DNA of 64,000 nucleotides. Source: an uncultured Verrucomicrobiae bacterium. GTDB taxonomy: Bacteria; Verrucomicrobiota; Verrucomicrobiia; Chthoniobacterales; JAATET01. This document shows positions 37,872 to 47,674 of the stretch, in pieces. The stretch spans positions 128,001 to 192,000 of the forward strand of contig CAVRCI010000013.1 in assembly GCA_963719495.1 (NCBI GenBank). Reading direction: 5' to 3'. Each line of letters starts with the position of its first letter. Position 1 is the first letter of the stretch. The notes beneath the pieces were generated by a model that saw nothing but the letters and a program-made list of their open reading frames with translations, was not told the DNA's origin and made no database searches. Both the position numbers and the translations under genes were made by a program.

Positions 37872-38996
37872 TCAGAAGACGCACCGCCGCCGCCACCGGC
37901 GAACCAGCAGAAACCCGACAATCGCGAAAGCCACGAAAACGGAAATCTCCCCACCCTCAGGCACCGCCACGAACGAAAAACTCGCATCCGACGCATTCTG
38001 AAAAAGACTGAAGTTCGCCGTGCTGTCATCGACCCAAGTCAGGTCGATCAAAAATGTCTGACTGCGCGACGCGTCGGGCGTCACCGTCCAGGATTTCGCT
38101 TCGAACAGAATCGATCCTTCCCGCAGCGAAATCCCCCACCCAGCCAAACCAGCCGCGCCCAGCGATCCCGATCCAAAACTGCCCCCCGCCTCGCCGGGAG
38201 GGGCAAACATTCCAGCGAAACTCATCCCGGGACCGCTCCCGTTGGTGGACGTCCCGCCGCCACCGCCTTCCCCGCCGTCACCACCGAATCCTCCCGCGCC
38301 ACCCGTTCCAGCCGCACCACCAACGCCAGCCAATCCGGCGGCGAATTGCCCACCCCGAATCGTCACGCTGGCCCCGCCCGTGATCTGCAATCCACTACCC
38401 GCGTCTCCGCCGACGCCGCCCGTCCCGCCAAGTCCGCCGACTCCCCCCTCTCCGCCGATTCCGCCGGGTGCGCCATCACCACCACGACCTTCCGGCGGAA
38501 AAAACCCATTTCCGAAAGCATTACCGCCACTCCCACCGACTCCACCGGCACCGCCGCGACCACCGCTCCCGCCGAACCCACCAACTCCGCCCGTCCCCCC
38601 GTCGCCGCCGAAGAACGATCCTCCGATCACGAGATGAGCGCCACCCACGAGATCGAATCCGCTCCCCCCGGCAACGCCGCTATCACCCATCTCGCCAGTC
38701 TCACCAATCCCCCCCCGACCCCCGTCTTCACCCGGCGCTCCATCGCCGCCGTCCGCGTCGAATTCATCGCCGTCCTGCCCATCGAAACCATTCGCTCCAG
38801 CTTCGCCCGGAGCCCCGGAAGCCCCCGTTGCAGCGCCGCCTCCATCGCCACCATTCGCTCCTGAATAACTCCCCACCGGAACCGTCGTCTGAGCGGAGAG
38901 GTCAGACAAAGCCACGACGCAAAGGCCAAAGCCGACGGCTCGCGTCAGAGCGGAAAATCGCTTGCCAGGAAAACTTTTCGGCAGGAAATGCATCAC
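37872..38996 (-). CDS. Glycine-rich (PGRS-like) PEP-CTERM-type surface protein
   Basis: Signal peptide, GGxGGxGG repeats, and terminal VPEG + TM helix + RRWRRR. Confidence 0.75.
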   Translation of the reverse strand: MMHFLPKSFPGKRFSALTRAVGFGLCVVALSDLSAQTTVPVGSYSGANGGDGGGAATGASGAPGEAGANGFDGQDGDEFDADGGDGAPGEDGGRGGIGETGEMGDSGVAGGSGFDLVGGAHLVIGGSFFGGDGGTGGVGGFGGSGGRGGAGGVGGSGGNAFGNGFFPPEGRGGDGAPGGIGGEGGVGGLGGTGGVGGDAGSGLQITGGASVTIRGGQFAAGLAGVGGAAGTGGAGGFGGDGGEGGGGGTSTNGSGPGMSFAGMFAPPGEAGGSFGSGSLGAAGLAGWGISLREGSILFEAKSWTVTPDASRSQTFLIDLTWVDDSTANFSLFQNASDASFSFVAVPEGGEISVFVAFAIVGFLLVRRWRRRCVF

Positions 38997-39074
38997 CCGA
39001 TCCTAAAGCAACCCGATTCCCGAGCAATCAATTCGTTCGCTTGGATCCTGATCGCGACCGTGAAAAATATCCCA

Positions 39075-39106
39075 AACCCGGAGGGCGAGGCTCCCGCCGA
39101 GCCGTA
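39075..39106 (+). repeat. Solo arm of the 114-bp element
   Basis: aacccggagggcgaggctcccgccgagccgta, identical to the left arms of copies A and B. Confidence 0.85.
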
Positions 39107-39157
39107 TTCAATCGAACCGTCGTCGGCCGAAAGCCAAAGCAAGCGGCAAGTTCGGAG

Positions 39158-40342
39158 TCACAACTCCTCAGGCGAATTCAACAGCTCCGCCACGCGCTTC
39201 AGTAGCCGCCCCGCCGCGCCACCGTCCAGCACGCGGTGATCGAAGCTCAACGTGAACATCGCCTCCGTCACCGGCAAAAACTCCTCCAGCTCCGCATCCC
39301 AGCTCGGCACCGTCGCTCCCGCGCCCATGCCGAGCAGAATCGTTTGCTCGGGCAGCGGAATCGGCGTCGCCAACGTCAGCCCGAACGTCCCGTAATTCGT
39401 CACCGTCGCGATGGACCCACCCAGATCCGCGGGCGGCATCCGGCGCTGACGCGCCAAATCCACGAGACGATTGTAACGATCCACCAGATCCGACAAGGAA
39501 GCCTGATCCGCGTTCCGGATCACCGGCACCATCACGCCATCCTCCGCCTCGACCGCGAACCCAATGTCCACCGACCGCGGATGCACGATCCGATCACCGA
39601 CCAACCGCCCCGCCGGCGCGCTGTTCTCACCCAGCGCCATGGCGAGCGCCCGGAGCGCGTAAAGCGCCGGACCCGGCTTCGGCGTCTGCGTTTTTCGGTG
39701 CGCGAGCAGTTTGTCCATCCGCACTGGGATCACCACGGTAGCCAACGGCCGCGTCCAACTCCGCCGCATCGCATCGGCCACCGCAACGCGCATCGACGAC
39801 GCGGGCGTCATCCGGTTGCGCTCGAGGTCGCCGAGGAATTTCTCCAGATCGTCGATCGTCACCCGCCCCGACGCCCCGCTCCCCGCGATCCCCGCGAGAT
39901 CCGCTTGGTGGAGCCCGAGTTCCCCCATCCGCGCCTTCATCCGCGGCGAAAGATACGTCGCCCCGCCCGCCGGAGCCGGCACCGGCAGCCCGCTCACCGT
40001 TGGCGCGACCTCCTGCGAGACCGCCTTCTTCGGCGCGCGCTTCTCCGCCGCCGGTTTCTCGATTGGCTCGGCCTCGAACCCGATTCGCGCCGCTTCTTCG
40101 TCAGTCACTTCGATGTAACCCAGCACCGATCCGACCAAATAACTCTCGTCCACCGTGACCTTCAGCTCGCCCAACGTGCCGTTGCACGGAGCGGTCACGC
40201 CCATTACAGCCTTGTTCGTTTCAACCTCGATGATGTCGGAATCGGCCTCGATGGTGTCGCCCTGCGCGAAGAGCACTTTCACGACGGTCGCCTCGGCGAT
40301 CGACTCGCCGAGCTGGGGCATGATGATGGGAACCTGGGGCAT
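39158..40342 (-). CDS. 2-oxoacid dehydrogenase E2 (dihydrolipoamide acyltransferase)
   Basis: MPQLGESIAEA, lipoyl motif EVETNKA, E3-binding GSGASGRVT and catalytic DHRVLDG. Confidence 0.92.
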   Translation of the reverse strand: MPQVPIIMPQLGESIAEATVVKVLFAQGDTIEADSDIIEVETNKAVMGVTAPCNGTLGELKVTVDESYLVGSVLGYIEVTDEEAARIGFEAEPIEKPAAEKRAPKKAVSQEVAPTVSGLPVPAPAGGATYLSPRMKARMGELGLHQADLAGIAGSGASGRVTIDDLEKFLGDLERNRMTPASSMRVAVADAMRRSWTRPLATVVIPVRMDKLLAHRKTQTPKPGPALYALRALAMALGENSAPAGRLVGDRIVHPRSVDIGFAVEAEDGVMVPVIRNADQASLSDLVDRYNRLVDLARQRRMPPADLGGSIATVTNYGTFGLTLATPIPLPEQTILLGMGAGATVPSWDAELEEFLPVTEAMFTLSFDHRVLDGGAAGRLLKRVAELLNSPEEL

Positions 40343-40353
40343 TTTCTTCGGGG

Positions 40354-41313
40354 TTAAAGTTCGAGCAGTCGCCGCGTCGCGGTCGCAATGGTGCCCGCCG
40401 TCGGGCGGTGAGTTCCCCAAAGATCGGGGTGATACGGCACGGGCGTGTCCCGCGCGTTGAGACGTTGCGGCGGCGCGTCCAGCATCCCGAACGCTTCCGT
40501 CGAAACCCGGGCGATCACTTCCGCCGTCACGCCGCCCCACGGCCAGGCCTCGCCGACGCAAAGCAACCGCCCCGTCCGGCACACGGACGCCAGCACGGTG
40601 TCGGTGTCCAGCGGCTTGATCGAACGCAGATCCACAACCTCGACGTGGTAACCGTCCTCTTCGAGTTCCTCCGCCGCCGCCAGCGATTCGTGCAGCATCG
40701 CGCTGTAGGTCACGATGGTCGCGTCCCGACCCGGCCGCGCGATTCGCGCCCGGCCGATCGGCAACGCCTCCTTCCCGACGTCGTCGGCCTTGAGGTGGTT
40801 ATACAAAAATTTGTGCTCGCAGAAAATGACCGGATCGTCGATCGCGACCGCCTCGATCAACATGCTGTAGGCGTCCTCCACCGTCGCCGGAGTCAGCACG
40901 ATCGTCCCGGGATAATGCGCGTAGATCGCCTCCATGCTCTGACTGTGAAACGGCCCGCCACCCGGAGTTCCGCCCGAAGGCAAGCGCACCACGATGGGAC
41001 ACGCGACCTCGGTCCGGTAATAGAGGGTCGCCGCCTGGTTCACGATCTGGTTGAACCCGCACGTCGAGAAGTCGGCGAACTGCATCTCGATGATCGGCCG
41101 CATCCCCTCGATGGCCGCGCCGATCGCGAGTCCCATCATCGCATCCTCACTGATCGGGGAATCGAGCACCCGCCCCGGAAATTTCTTCGCCAGCCCCTTC
41201 GTCGCCTTGAACGCCCCGCCGAATTCCCCGACGTCCTGCCCGTAAATAAACACGCGCTCGTCGTCGGCCAGCAGCTTCCCCTGCGCCTCGCAGATCGCCT
41301 GCAGATAAGTCAC
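40354..41313 (-). CDS. 2-oxoacid dehydrogenase E1 beta subunit
   Basis: GQDVGEFGGAFKATKGL, DSPISE, EMQFADF, GPFHSQ and EVVDLRS motifs. GTG overlaps the alpha stop. Confidence 0.93.
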   Translation of the reverse strand: MTYLQAICEAQGKLLADDERVFIYGQDVGEFGGAFKATKGLAKKFPGRVLDSPISEDAMMGLAIGAAIEGMRPIIEMQFADFSTCGFNQIVNQAATLYYRTEVACPIVVRLPSGGTPGGGPFHSQSMEAIYAHYPGTIVLTPATVEDAYSMLIEAVAIDDPVIFCEHKFLYNHLKADDVGKEALPIGRARIARPGRDATIVTYSAMLHESLAAAEELEEDGYHVEVVDLRSIKPLDTDTVLASVCRTGRLLCVGEAWPWGGVTAEVIARVSTEAFGMLDAPPQRLNARDTPVPYHPDLWGTHRPTAGTIATATRRLLEL

Positions 41314-42344
41314 GACGCCACCTCCGCGAACCGGTCGGCCAAGTGATCGCTCGAAATCGCCGACCATTCCTCCTCCGCCGGATCCGGCGCGGGCTCGCGC
41401 AGCACCCGATTCGCCGTCTCGTCCACCTCCGCCTTCGCCTCGGCGCGCCACGCCTTGATCTCCTCCGCGTCCGACCAGCCCCGCTCGACCAGAGCCTCCT
41501 CGGCGACAGTCAGACAATCCCGCCCCACCGTGCTGTCCCGCAAATCCTGCGCGACGTAAGACCCGTCGTCGTGCTCCCCGTGACCAACCAGCCGCAGCAA
41601 ATTCGCGACCACCAACTGAGGTCCACCGCCCCCTCGAGCCGCCTCGACCGCACCGCCGACCACCCGCAGGCAATCCGCCAAATCCGTGCCCACCGCCCGG
41701 TGCCCCGCCACGCCGTAACCCGCCGCCCGGTCCAGCAAATCCGCGCAGGCGAACTGCTTCGCCGTCGGCGTCGAATACGCGTATTGGTTGTTCGCGACCA
41801 CGACGACCAGCGGCAATTTCTCGACCGCCGCCGTGTTCATCCCCTCGTGAAACGCCCCCGTCGACGTCCCGCCGTCGCCGATGCACGTCGCCCCGACCAC
41901 CCCCGATTCCCCCCGAAAACGCCGCGCCATCAGACCCCCGACCACCACCGGAATCATCGCCCCCAAGTGACTGATCATCGCGTAATAACCTTCTTTCGGT
42001 CGCCCCCGGTGAATGTTCCCGTCCCGACCCCGCATCGAACCCAACTGCGACCCCAGGTAGGTCCGCAGCGTATCGAGCACGGTATCGCCAAAAGCCATCC
42101 GCCCCGCCTGATCCCGAATGAGCGGCGCGAAAATATCCCCCGGGCGCAGATTCACCCCCACCGACACGCTCAAAGCCTCCTGCCCCCGCCCGAGAAAGAC
42201 GCCACCCTTGATCTTCCCACCCCGGTAGAGCGCCGCCAGCTTCTCCTCCAGCGTCCGCGCCAGCAGCGCCGTCCGGTAAGCCCGCAGAAACACGTCGCGT
42301 CCCACTTCCTTTGCATCCTGCGACATCGAGACAACTTCCGCCAT
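41310..42344 (-). CDS. 2-oxoacid dehydrogenase E1 alpha subunit (TPP-dependent)
   Basis: GQEA and TPP motif GDGGTSTGAFHEG...NNQYAYS. Confidence 0.93.
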   Translation of the reverse strand: MAEVVSMSQDAKEVGRDVFLRAYRTALLARTLEEKLAALYRGGKIKGGVFLGRGQEALSVSVGVNLRPGDIFAPLIRDQAGRMAFGDTVLDTLRTYLGSQLGSMRGRDGNIHRGRPKEGYYAMISHLGAMIPVVVGGLMARRFRGESGVVGATCIGDGGTSTGAFHEGMNTAAVEKLPLVVVVANNQYAYSTPTAKQFACADLLDRAAGYGVAGHRAVGTDLADCLRVVGGAVEAARGGGGPQLVVANLLRLVGHGEHDDGSYVAQDLRDSTVGRDCLTVAEEALVERGWSDAEEIKAWRAEAKAEVDETANRVLREPAPDPAEEEWSAISSDHLADRFAEVAS

Positions 42345-42508
42345 GAACCGCCGAAGTTAGAAAAATTCCCCCCAGCCTGCAACCGCGAACCACCCCGAGT
42401 CCGCCAGGACTCCGATACTCCACCAGTCACCAGTCACCAGTCACGCGAAGCTCACCCCCACCACCCCACTTGCACCCGTTCACCATTCCCACTACATTCC
42501 CCGCCTCT

Positions 42509-43921
42509 ATGAAACAGACGTTGTTGGACAAAGTGTGGGCCGCCCACGAAGTGCGGAAATTGCCGAACGGCCAGACGCAGCTCCTCATCGGCACGCACCT
42601 CATTCACGAAGTGACCAGCCCGCAGGCGTTCGGAATGCTCCGCGACCTCGGTCTCCAGGTCCTCTACCCGAACCGCACGTTCGCCACCGTCGACCACATC
42701 GTTCCCACCGACGAGCGCGAGGAGCCGTTCTCCGACTCCCTCGCCGACGACATGATCAAGGCGCTCCGCAAAAACTGCGAGGAGTCCGGCGTGACCTTTT
42801 TCGACCTTCCATCCGGCAAGCAGGGCATCGTCCACATCGTCGGCCCCGAGCAGGGCATCACCCAGCCCGGCACCACCATCGCGTGCGGCGATTCCCACAC
42901 CTCGACCCACGGCGCGTTCGGCGCGATCGCCTTCGGCATCGGCACCAGCCAGGTCCGCGACGTCCTCGCGACCCAGACCATGGCCCTCCAAAAGCCGAAG
43001 GTCCGCCGCATCAACGTCGACGGCAAACTCACGCCCGGCGTCTACGCCAAGGACGTCATCCTCCACATCATCCGCAAACTCGGAGTCAACGGCGGCATCG
43101 GTTACGCCTACGAATACGGCGGCAGCACGTTTGACAACTTCACGCAGGAGGAGCGAATGACCGTCTGCAATATGTCGATCGAAGGCGGCGCGCGCGTCGG
43201 CTACGTGAATCCCGACAACACGACCTTTGAATACCTCAAAGGCCGACCCTACTCGCCAAAAGGTGCCGACTGGGACGCCGCCGTCGAGCGATGGAAGGCC
43301 ACCGCCAGCGACCCCGACGCCGACTACGACGACGTCATCAACTACCGCGCCGAAGACATCGCCCCGACCGTCACCTGGGGCATCAACCCCGGCCAGGCCA
43401 TTTTCATCACCGAAAACGTCCCGACCCCCGAGGAAGTTCCCGAAAAAGACCGCGCGACCGCCGAAGAGGCCATCGCCCACATGCACCTCGTCCCCGGAGC
43501 CGCGATCAAGGGCACCAAGGTCGACGTCGCCTTCCTCGGCAGTTGCACGAACGGCCGCCTCTCCGACCTTCAGGAAGTCGCGGGCTACCTGAAGGGCCGC
43601 CGGGTTTCCGAAGCCGTCAAAGCCATTGTCGTCCCCGGCTCCCAAGGCGTCGCCGCCCTCGCCGAGACGATGGGCATCGCCACGATCTTCCGCGACGCGG
43701 GCTTCGAATGGCGAGGCGCGGGCTGCTCGATGTGCCTCGGAATGAACCCCGACAAACTCGTCGGCGAAGAACTCTGCGCCAGCTCGTCGAACCGCAACTT
43801 CAAGGGCCGCCAAGGCAGCCCGACCGGCCGCACCGTCCTCATGAGCCCGCTCATGGTCGCCGCCGCCGCCATCACCGGCGTCGTCTCCGACGCCCGCGAA
43901 GTCTTCGAGCTAGCTCGATGA
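42509..43921 (+). CDS. leuC: 3-isopropylmalate dehydratase large subunit
   Basis: [38 protein letters not shown] and [10 protein letters not shown] motifs. Confidence 0.98.
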   Translation: MKQTLLDKVWAAHEVRKLPNGQTQLLIGTHLIHEVTSPQAFGMLRDLGLQVLYPNRTFATVDHIVPTDEREEPFSDSLADDMIKALRKNCEESGVTFFDLPSGKQGIVHIVGPEQGITQPGTTIACGDSHTSTHGAFGAIAFGIGTSQVRDVLATQTMALQKPKVRRINVDGKLTPGVYAKDVILHIIRKLGVNGGIGYAYEYGGSTFDNFTQEERMTVCNMSIEGGARVGYVNPDNTTFEYLKGRPYSPKGADWDAAVERWKATASDPDADYDDVINYRAEDIAPTVTWGINPGQAIFITENVPTPEEVPEKDRATAEEAIAHMHLVPGAAIKGTKVDVAFLGSCTNGRLSDLQEVAGYLKGRRVSEAVKAIVVPGSQGVAALAETMGIATIFRDAGFEWRGAGCSMCLGMNPDKLVGEELCASSSNRNFKGRQGSPTGRTVLMSPLMVAAAAITGVVSDAREVFELAR

Positions 43922-44910
43922 TTGCGGATTGCGGATTGCGGATTGCGGATTGGATGAGGATCACCGCGTCCGCGCTGGTCGTGCTTGGATACGTCCATCC
44001 AATGCTGGCGGAGTCGGCAGCGAAATTCCAATCCGAAATCCGAAATCCGAAATCCGAAATTTCCACCCCTTTCCTCTGGAAAGTCACCTCCCCCACCGCG
44101 ACCGCGCCGTCCTACATCTTCGGCACCATCCACCTACCCCGCCCCGACGTCGCCCGGATTCCCGCCAGCGTCGCGCCCGCCTTCGACAGCGCCGACGCCG
44201 TCTACACCGAGATCCCGATGGACACCGGGACGCTCCTCTCGATGTCGGCCGCGATGTTCCTCCCCGACGGCAAGAAACTCGAAGACGTCCTCCCCGCCGA
44301 CCTCTACGCGACCGTCCTCCAAGAGCTGACCGCCATCAATCCCCGCCTGCCCCTCGCGCCCCGCGACCGCCTGAAAATCTGGGCGTTCACGGTGAGCCTC
44401 ATGACCCTCGAGGACGAACTCAAACACGCGGGCGTCATCCCGCTCGACATGCTCCTCTTTCAGAAAGCCGCCATGGCTGGCAAGGAAACCGGTGGCCTCG
44501 AGACCCCCGCCGAGCAAATGGCCATCTTCGACGACATCAGCGAAGCGGACCAGATCACCCTCCTCCGCGACACCCTCACCCAACTCAAAACCGCCCGCGA
44601 ATCCGGCATCAACGTCGCCGACCAGCTCGTCGCGAGCTACCTCTCCGGCGACCTGGCCCGCCTCGAAGCCGACATGAAGGAAATGGAGGCCCTCGCCGGT
44701 GACAGCGAGCTCAACGACCGCCTCATGGACCGCCTCCTCGACCAGCGCAACGAGCTCATGGCCGAGCGAATCGAAGCCAAAATCAAAGCCGATCCCGCGA
44801 AAACGTATTTCTTCGCCATGGGAGCCGCCCACCTCTACGGCGAAACCGGCCTCATCGCGCTCCTGGAAGCCGCCGGCTTCACCCTCACCCGCCAAGCTGC
44901 TAACAACTAA
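43918..44910 (+). CDS. TraB/GumN family protein
   Basis: [27 protein letters not shown] and FFAMGAAHL motifs. Start is ATG 43918 (overlapping the leuC stop) or 43954. Confidence 0.88.
   Translation: MIADCGLRIADWMRITASALVVLGYVHPMLAESAAKFQSEIRNPKSEISTPFLWKVTSPTATAPSYIFGTIHLPRPDVARIPASVAPAFDSADAVYTEIPMDTGTLLSMSAAMFLPDGKKLEDVLPADLYATVLQELTAINPRLPLAPRDRLKIWAFTVSLMTLEDELKHAGVIPLDMLLFQKAAMAGKETGGLETPAEQMAIFDDISEADQITLLRDTLTQLKTARESGINVADQLVASYLSGDLARLEADMKEMEALAGDSELNDRLMDRLLDQRNELMAERIEAKIKADPAKTYFFAMGAAHLYGETGLIALLEAAGFTLTRQAANN
43921..44060. repeat. Inverted heptamer arrays (attgcgg)4 / (ccgaaat)4
   Basis: 33-bp arms at 43921-43953 and 44028-44060 are complementary except for one mismatch per heptamer. 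Confidence 0.9.
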
Positions 44911-44928
44911 AAACCAATAACCAACAAC

Positions 44929-45531
44929 ATGGCTCTCGCGCAAATCACCCAAGTCAGCGGCACCGCCGTCCACGTCCCCGGCGACGACATCGACACCGAC
45001 CGCATCATCCCCGCCCGCTTCATGAAGTGCGTCACCTTCGACGGACTCGGCGAATACGCCTTCATCGACGTCCGCCAGGATCCCGCCACCGGCGAAGACC
45101 GCCCGCACCCGCTCAACGACGAGCAGTTCAAGGGAGCCAGCATCCTGCTCACGGGCTCGAATTTCGGCTGCGGCTCCTCGCGCGAGCACGCCCCGCAAGC
45201 CCTCTACCGCTTCGGCTTCCGCGCCGTGATCGCCGAGAGCTTCGCCGAGATTTTCTTCGGCAATTCCATCACCCTCGGCATGCCCTGCGTCGTTATGAAC
45301 GGCGGCGACATCAAATCCCTCGCCCAGCTGGTCGCCGCCGACCCGAAGGCTCCGATCACGATCGATCTCGAAGGAAAGAAGGCCCACTGCGGCGACCTCG
45401 ATTTTCCCATCGAAATCCCCGACCACGCCCACGAAGCCCTGATCAGCGGCAAATGGGACGCCATCGCCGACCTCCTCGAAGGCATCCCGCAGGTCAAAGC
45501 CACCGCCGGCAATCTCGCCTACATGCGGTAA
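44929..45531 (+). CDS. leuD: 3-isopropylmalate dehydratase small subunit
   Basis: DIDTDRIIPARF, NFGCGSSREHAP and SFAEIFFGN motifs. Confidence 0.98.
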   Translation: MALAQITQVSGTAVHVPGDDIDTDRIIPARFMKCVTFDGLGEYAFIDVRQDPATGEDRPHPLNDEQFKGASILLTGSNFGCGSSREHAPQALYRFGFRAVIAESFAEIFFGNSITLGMPCVVMNGGDIKSLAQLVAADPKAPITIDLEGKKAHCGDLDFPIEIPDHAHEALISGKWDAIADLLEGIPQVKATAGNLAYMR

Positions 45532-45628
45532 GGCGCGCAGCGCCTCCATCTAGGGTAGGGCAGCCGGGCCCCGGGTGCCGTCGCCTCCTCGCCAACGCCC
45601 GCCATCACCAGGCCACGCCAAACGTCGC

Positions 45629-46033
45629 TCACCCCCCACCCGCCGCCACCAGCAGAATTTTCACCGCCCCGCCGTCGACCGGTCCCGCCGGAAACACGTA
45701 AGACTGCCGAGCCTCGCGGCCATTCGTTACGTGGACCTGAAACGTCCACTCCCCGTTCAGGGCCTGCCCCACTTCACCATCGTCGCCCGCCCGCCGCTCC
45801 GTCGCCGTCACCACCGCGTCGTCCCACCGCAGAATCTCGTCGATGATCGCTTTCATTCGACCCCGAGCCGTCGCGTCGGCTCCCGCGAACTCGAAGCACC
45901 GCTCGAAGTAACCCCGATTCCCGGTCTTCAAGGCCGCGCTCACCTCGAACATCAAGTCTCCCCGCGACTCCGCGGCCCCCACCATTCCCAAACTCAAAAC
46001 GAACCCAACCCATCCCACCAACCAAAAACGCAT
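45629..46033 (-). CDS. Small secreted hypothetical protein
   Basis: Signal-peptide-like MRFWLVGWVGFVLSLGMVGA. G-ending codons fit the minus-strand style of this region. Confidence 0.5.
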   Translation of the reverse strand: MRFWLVGWVGFVLSLGMVGAAESRGDLMFEVSAALKTGNRGYFERCFEFAGADATARGRMKAIIDEILRWDDAVVTATERRAGDDGEVGQALNGEWTFQVHVTNGREARQSYVFPAGPVDGGAVKILLVAAGGG

Positions 46034-46154
46034 ACCCCCATTTCTCATTTCACATTGAAAATTCAACCTTTCCCCAAACGTAACATTTTCGTCACAAGCC
46101 CGAAATCGGCTCATCCGCCCTTGTCCGGGTTCCCCGTCGCAATAGATTCCCGAC

Positions 46155-46745
46155 ATGCTTCACCACGCCCGCCTCAGCGCCGCCGCCCTCGCCGCGCTCG
46201 CCATTTTCCCCTCCCTCCGCGCCCAAGACACCGACGAAGGCGGCGCGACCAAGAACGCCACCGATCTGTCCGCCTTCCAAGGCAACTACTTCGGCCGAAC
46301 CGTCGTCACGACCACGCAGGACAAATTCCGCGGCAACCGGCTCAAAATCCGCGCCAACATCGCGGACGACGGACTCTCGGGAGTATTCAAATTCACCAGT
46401 AACGTGAAGGTCGAGGGCGAACGCGTCCCGGTCAATAACCGCTATCGATTCCGTCCCAGCGGTCGCGTCGCCATCGACGAGATTGCCCCCGCCGTGTCGA
46501 ACAATCAGAAGACCCGCGGGTTTTACGGCGCAACCGCCCGATCGATCCAGATGTCCGGCCAGTTTCGCTTGGATGGCCAAAGTGGAAAAATTGAAGGCCG
46601 TTACGACGCCACGATCCGCATCAGCGTCAAACGCATTGTCCGTATGACCTACTCGGTCACGCTCGCCGATGACACCTCGCCAAGCTTCGTTTACAAATTT
46701 CGCGCCGAGCCTAGGGACCGCTCCGACGACACCGACTCCAATTAA
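46155..46745 (+). CDS. Secreted beta-rich hypothetical protein
   Basis: Signal peptide ending LRA-Q. 196 aa. Confidence 0.65.
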   Translation: MLHHARLSAAALAALAIFPSLRAQDTDEGGATKNATDLSAFQGNYFGRTVVTTTQDKFRGNRLKIRANIADDGLSGVFKFTSNVKVEGERVPVNNRYRFRPSGRVAIDEIAPAVSNNQKTRGFYGATARSIQMSGQFRLDGQSGKIEGRYDATIRISVKRIVRMTYSVTLADDTSPSFVYKFRAEPRDRSDDTDSN

Positions 46746-46797
46746 TTAAAAATCGCGAGAGCGGCGACGCCTTCTCTATATAAAAAAAGCGGGGGCT

Positions 46798-47658
46798 CTA
46801 CTGCCCGCCTCCGATCTCCAAGGCCGCGGTCCGTTGCTGAGCGTTGAACGCTTGCTGGCCAAACATCGCGCGGTATCGCTGGTCAGCCAACCATTGGGCC
46901 GTTTGCCACTCGGCGCGGTCGACTTCTCTCGGAATGCGCCCCGATTGATCGCGGAGGGAGTCTGCAAACTCGTTCTGAATGTCGCGGAGACGGTCCTTTT
47001 TGGCGGGTTCCGCGGCGATGGATTCATCCGTGGCCTCCAACGCCGCCGGCACGGTGGTGCCCTCGGGAGCCTCAATCGTCTCCGCTTCCACGGCCTCCGA
47101 TCGCCGGGTTTCGGCGAGGCTTCGGGCGGGCTCGGTCACGCCCCCGGGTTCGCCGAGCGCCCCGGCGCCGACTCCGGCGGTGGCTCGGGGGATGATTCCA
47201 GTCGCAAACGCGGGCACGACGGTGTTCGGCGAAGTGCCATTCCGATCAGGAACGCTGGCCGCTGAGGGCCGCGGCCCCACGGTCGTGACCAACGGATCGT
47301 GCGGCTGCAGGGCGACCGGGGCAACGGCCGAATTCGAGACCACCGAGGTGGGTGCTGAACTTGGAACAACCGGGGCGCGCTGGACCCCCACAAAGACCGG
47401 TTGCGTGCCAGGCAATTGAACTGAGTCGCTCGGAGCGGACAATCGATTCGCCACGGATGGTGCCGAATCGGATCCCGGAGTCGGCAACGGTGATCCACCC
47501 GGTTTCGAAGTATTGGCTCGAACGGTCGCATCGCTCGAGATCGCCAATTCCGCCGTCGCCCTTGCCACCGGCTCCCGGAAGGAGGACCACGCAACCGCTG
47601 CGAGGAGCAGCGTCTGAGTGAGACTGAGAACAACGAGGAAGCGGAGAGTGGTTTTCAT
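46798..47658 (-). CDS. Membrane-anchored P/S/A-rich hypothetical protein
   Basis: N-terminal TM helix, disordered linker and a short helical C-terminus. Starts 16 bp after the Sel1 gene. Confidence 0.65.
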   Translation of the reverse strand: MKTTLRFLVVLSLTQTLLLAAVAWSSFREPVARATAELAISSDATVRANTSKPGGSPLPTPGSDSAPSVANRLSAPSDSVQLPGTQPVFVGVQRAPVVPSSAPTSVVSNSAVAPVALQPHDPLVTTVGPRPSAASVPDRNGTSPNTVVPAFATGIIPRATAGVGAGALGEPGGVTEPARSLAETRRSEAVEAETIEAPEGTTVPAALEATDESIAAEPAKKDRLRDIQNEFADSLRDQSGRIPREVDRAEWQTAQWLADQRYRAMFGQQAFNAQQRTAALEIGGGQ

Positions 47659-47674
47659 AGGATCGAATGGGGAG

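Noticed and set aside
41314..42423. Apparent 689-aa E1 beta or alpha-beta fusion
   Set aside because: The extension is an alternative frame over E1 alpha. The two genes are separate with a GTGA overlap.
42345..42508. Leucine attenuator/leader peptide upstream of leuC
   Set aside because: No Leu-rich short ORF or terminator hairpin is visible.
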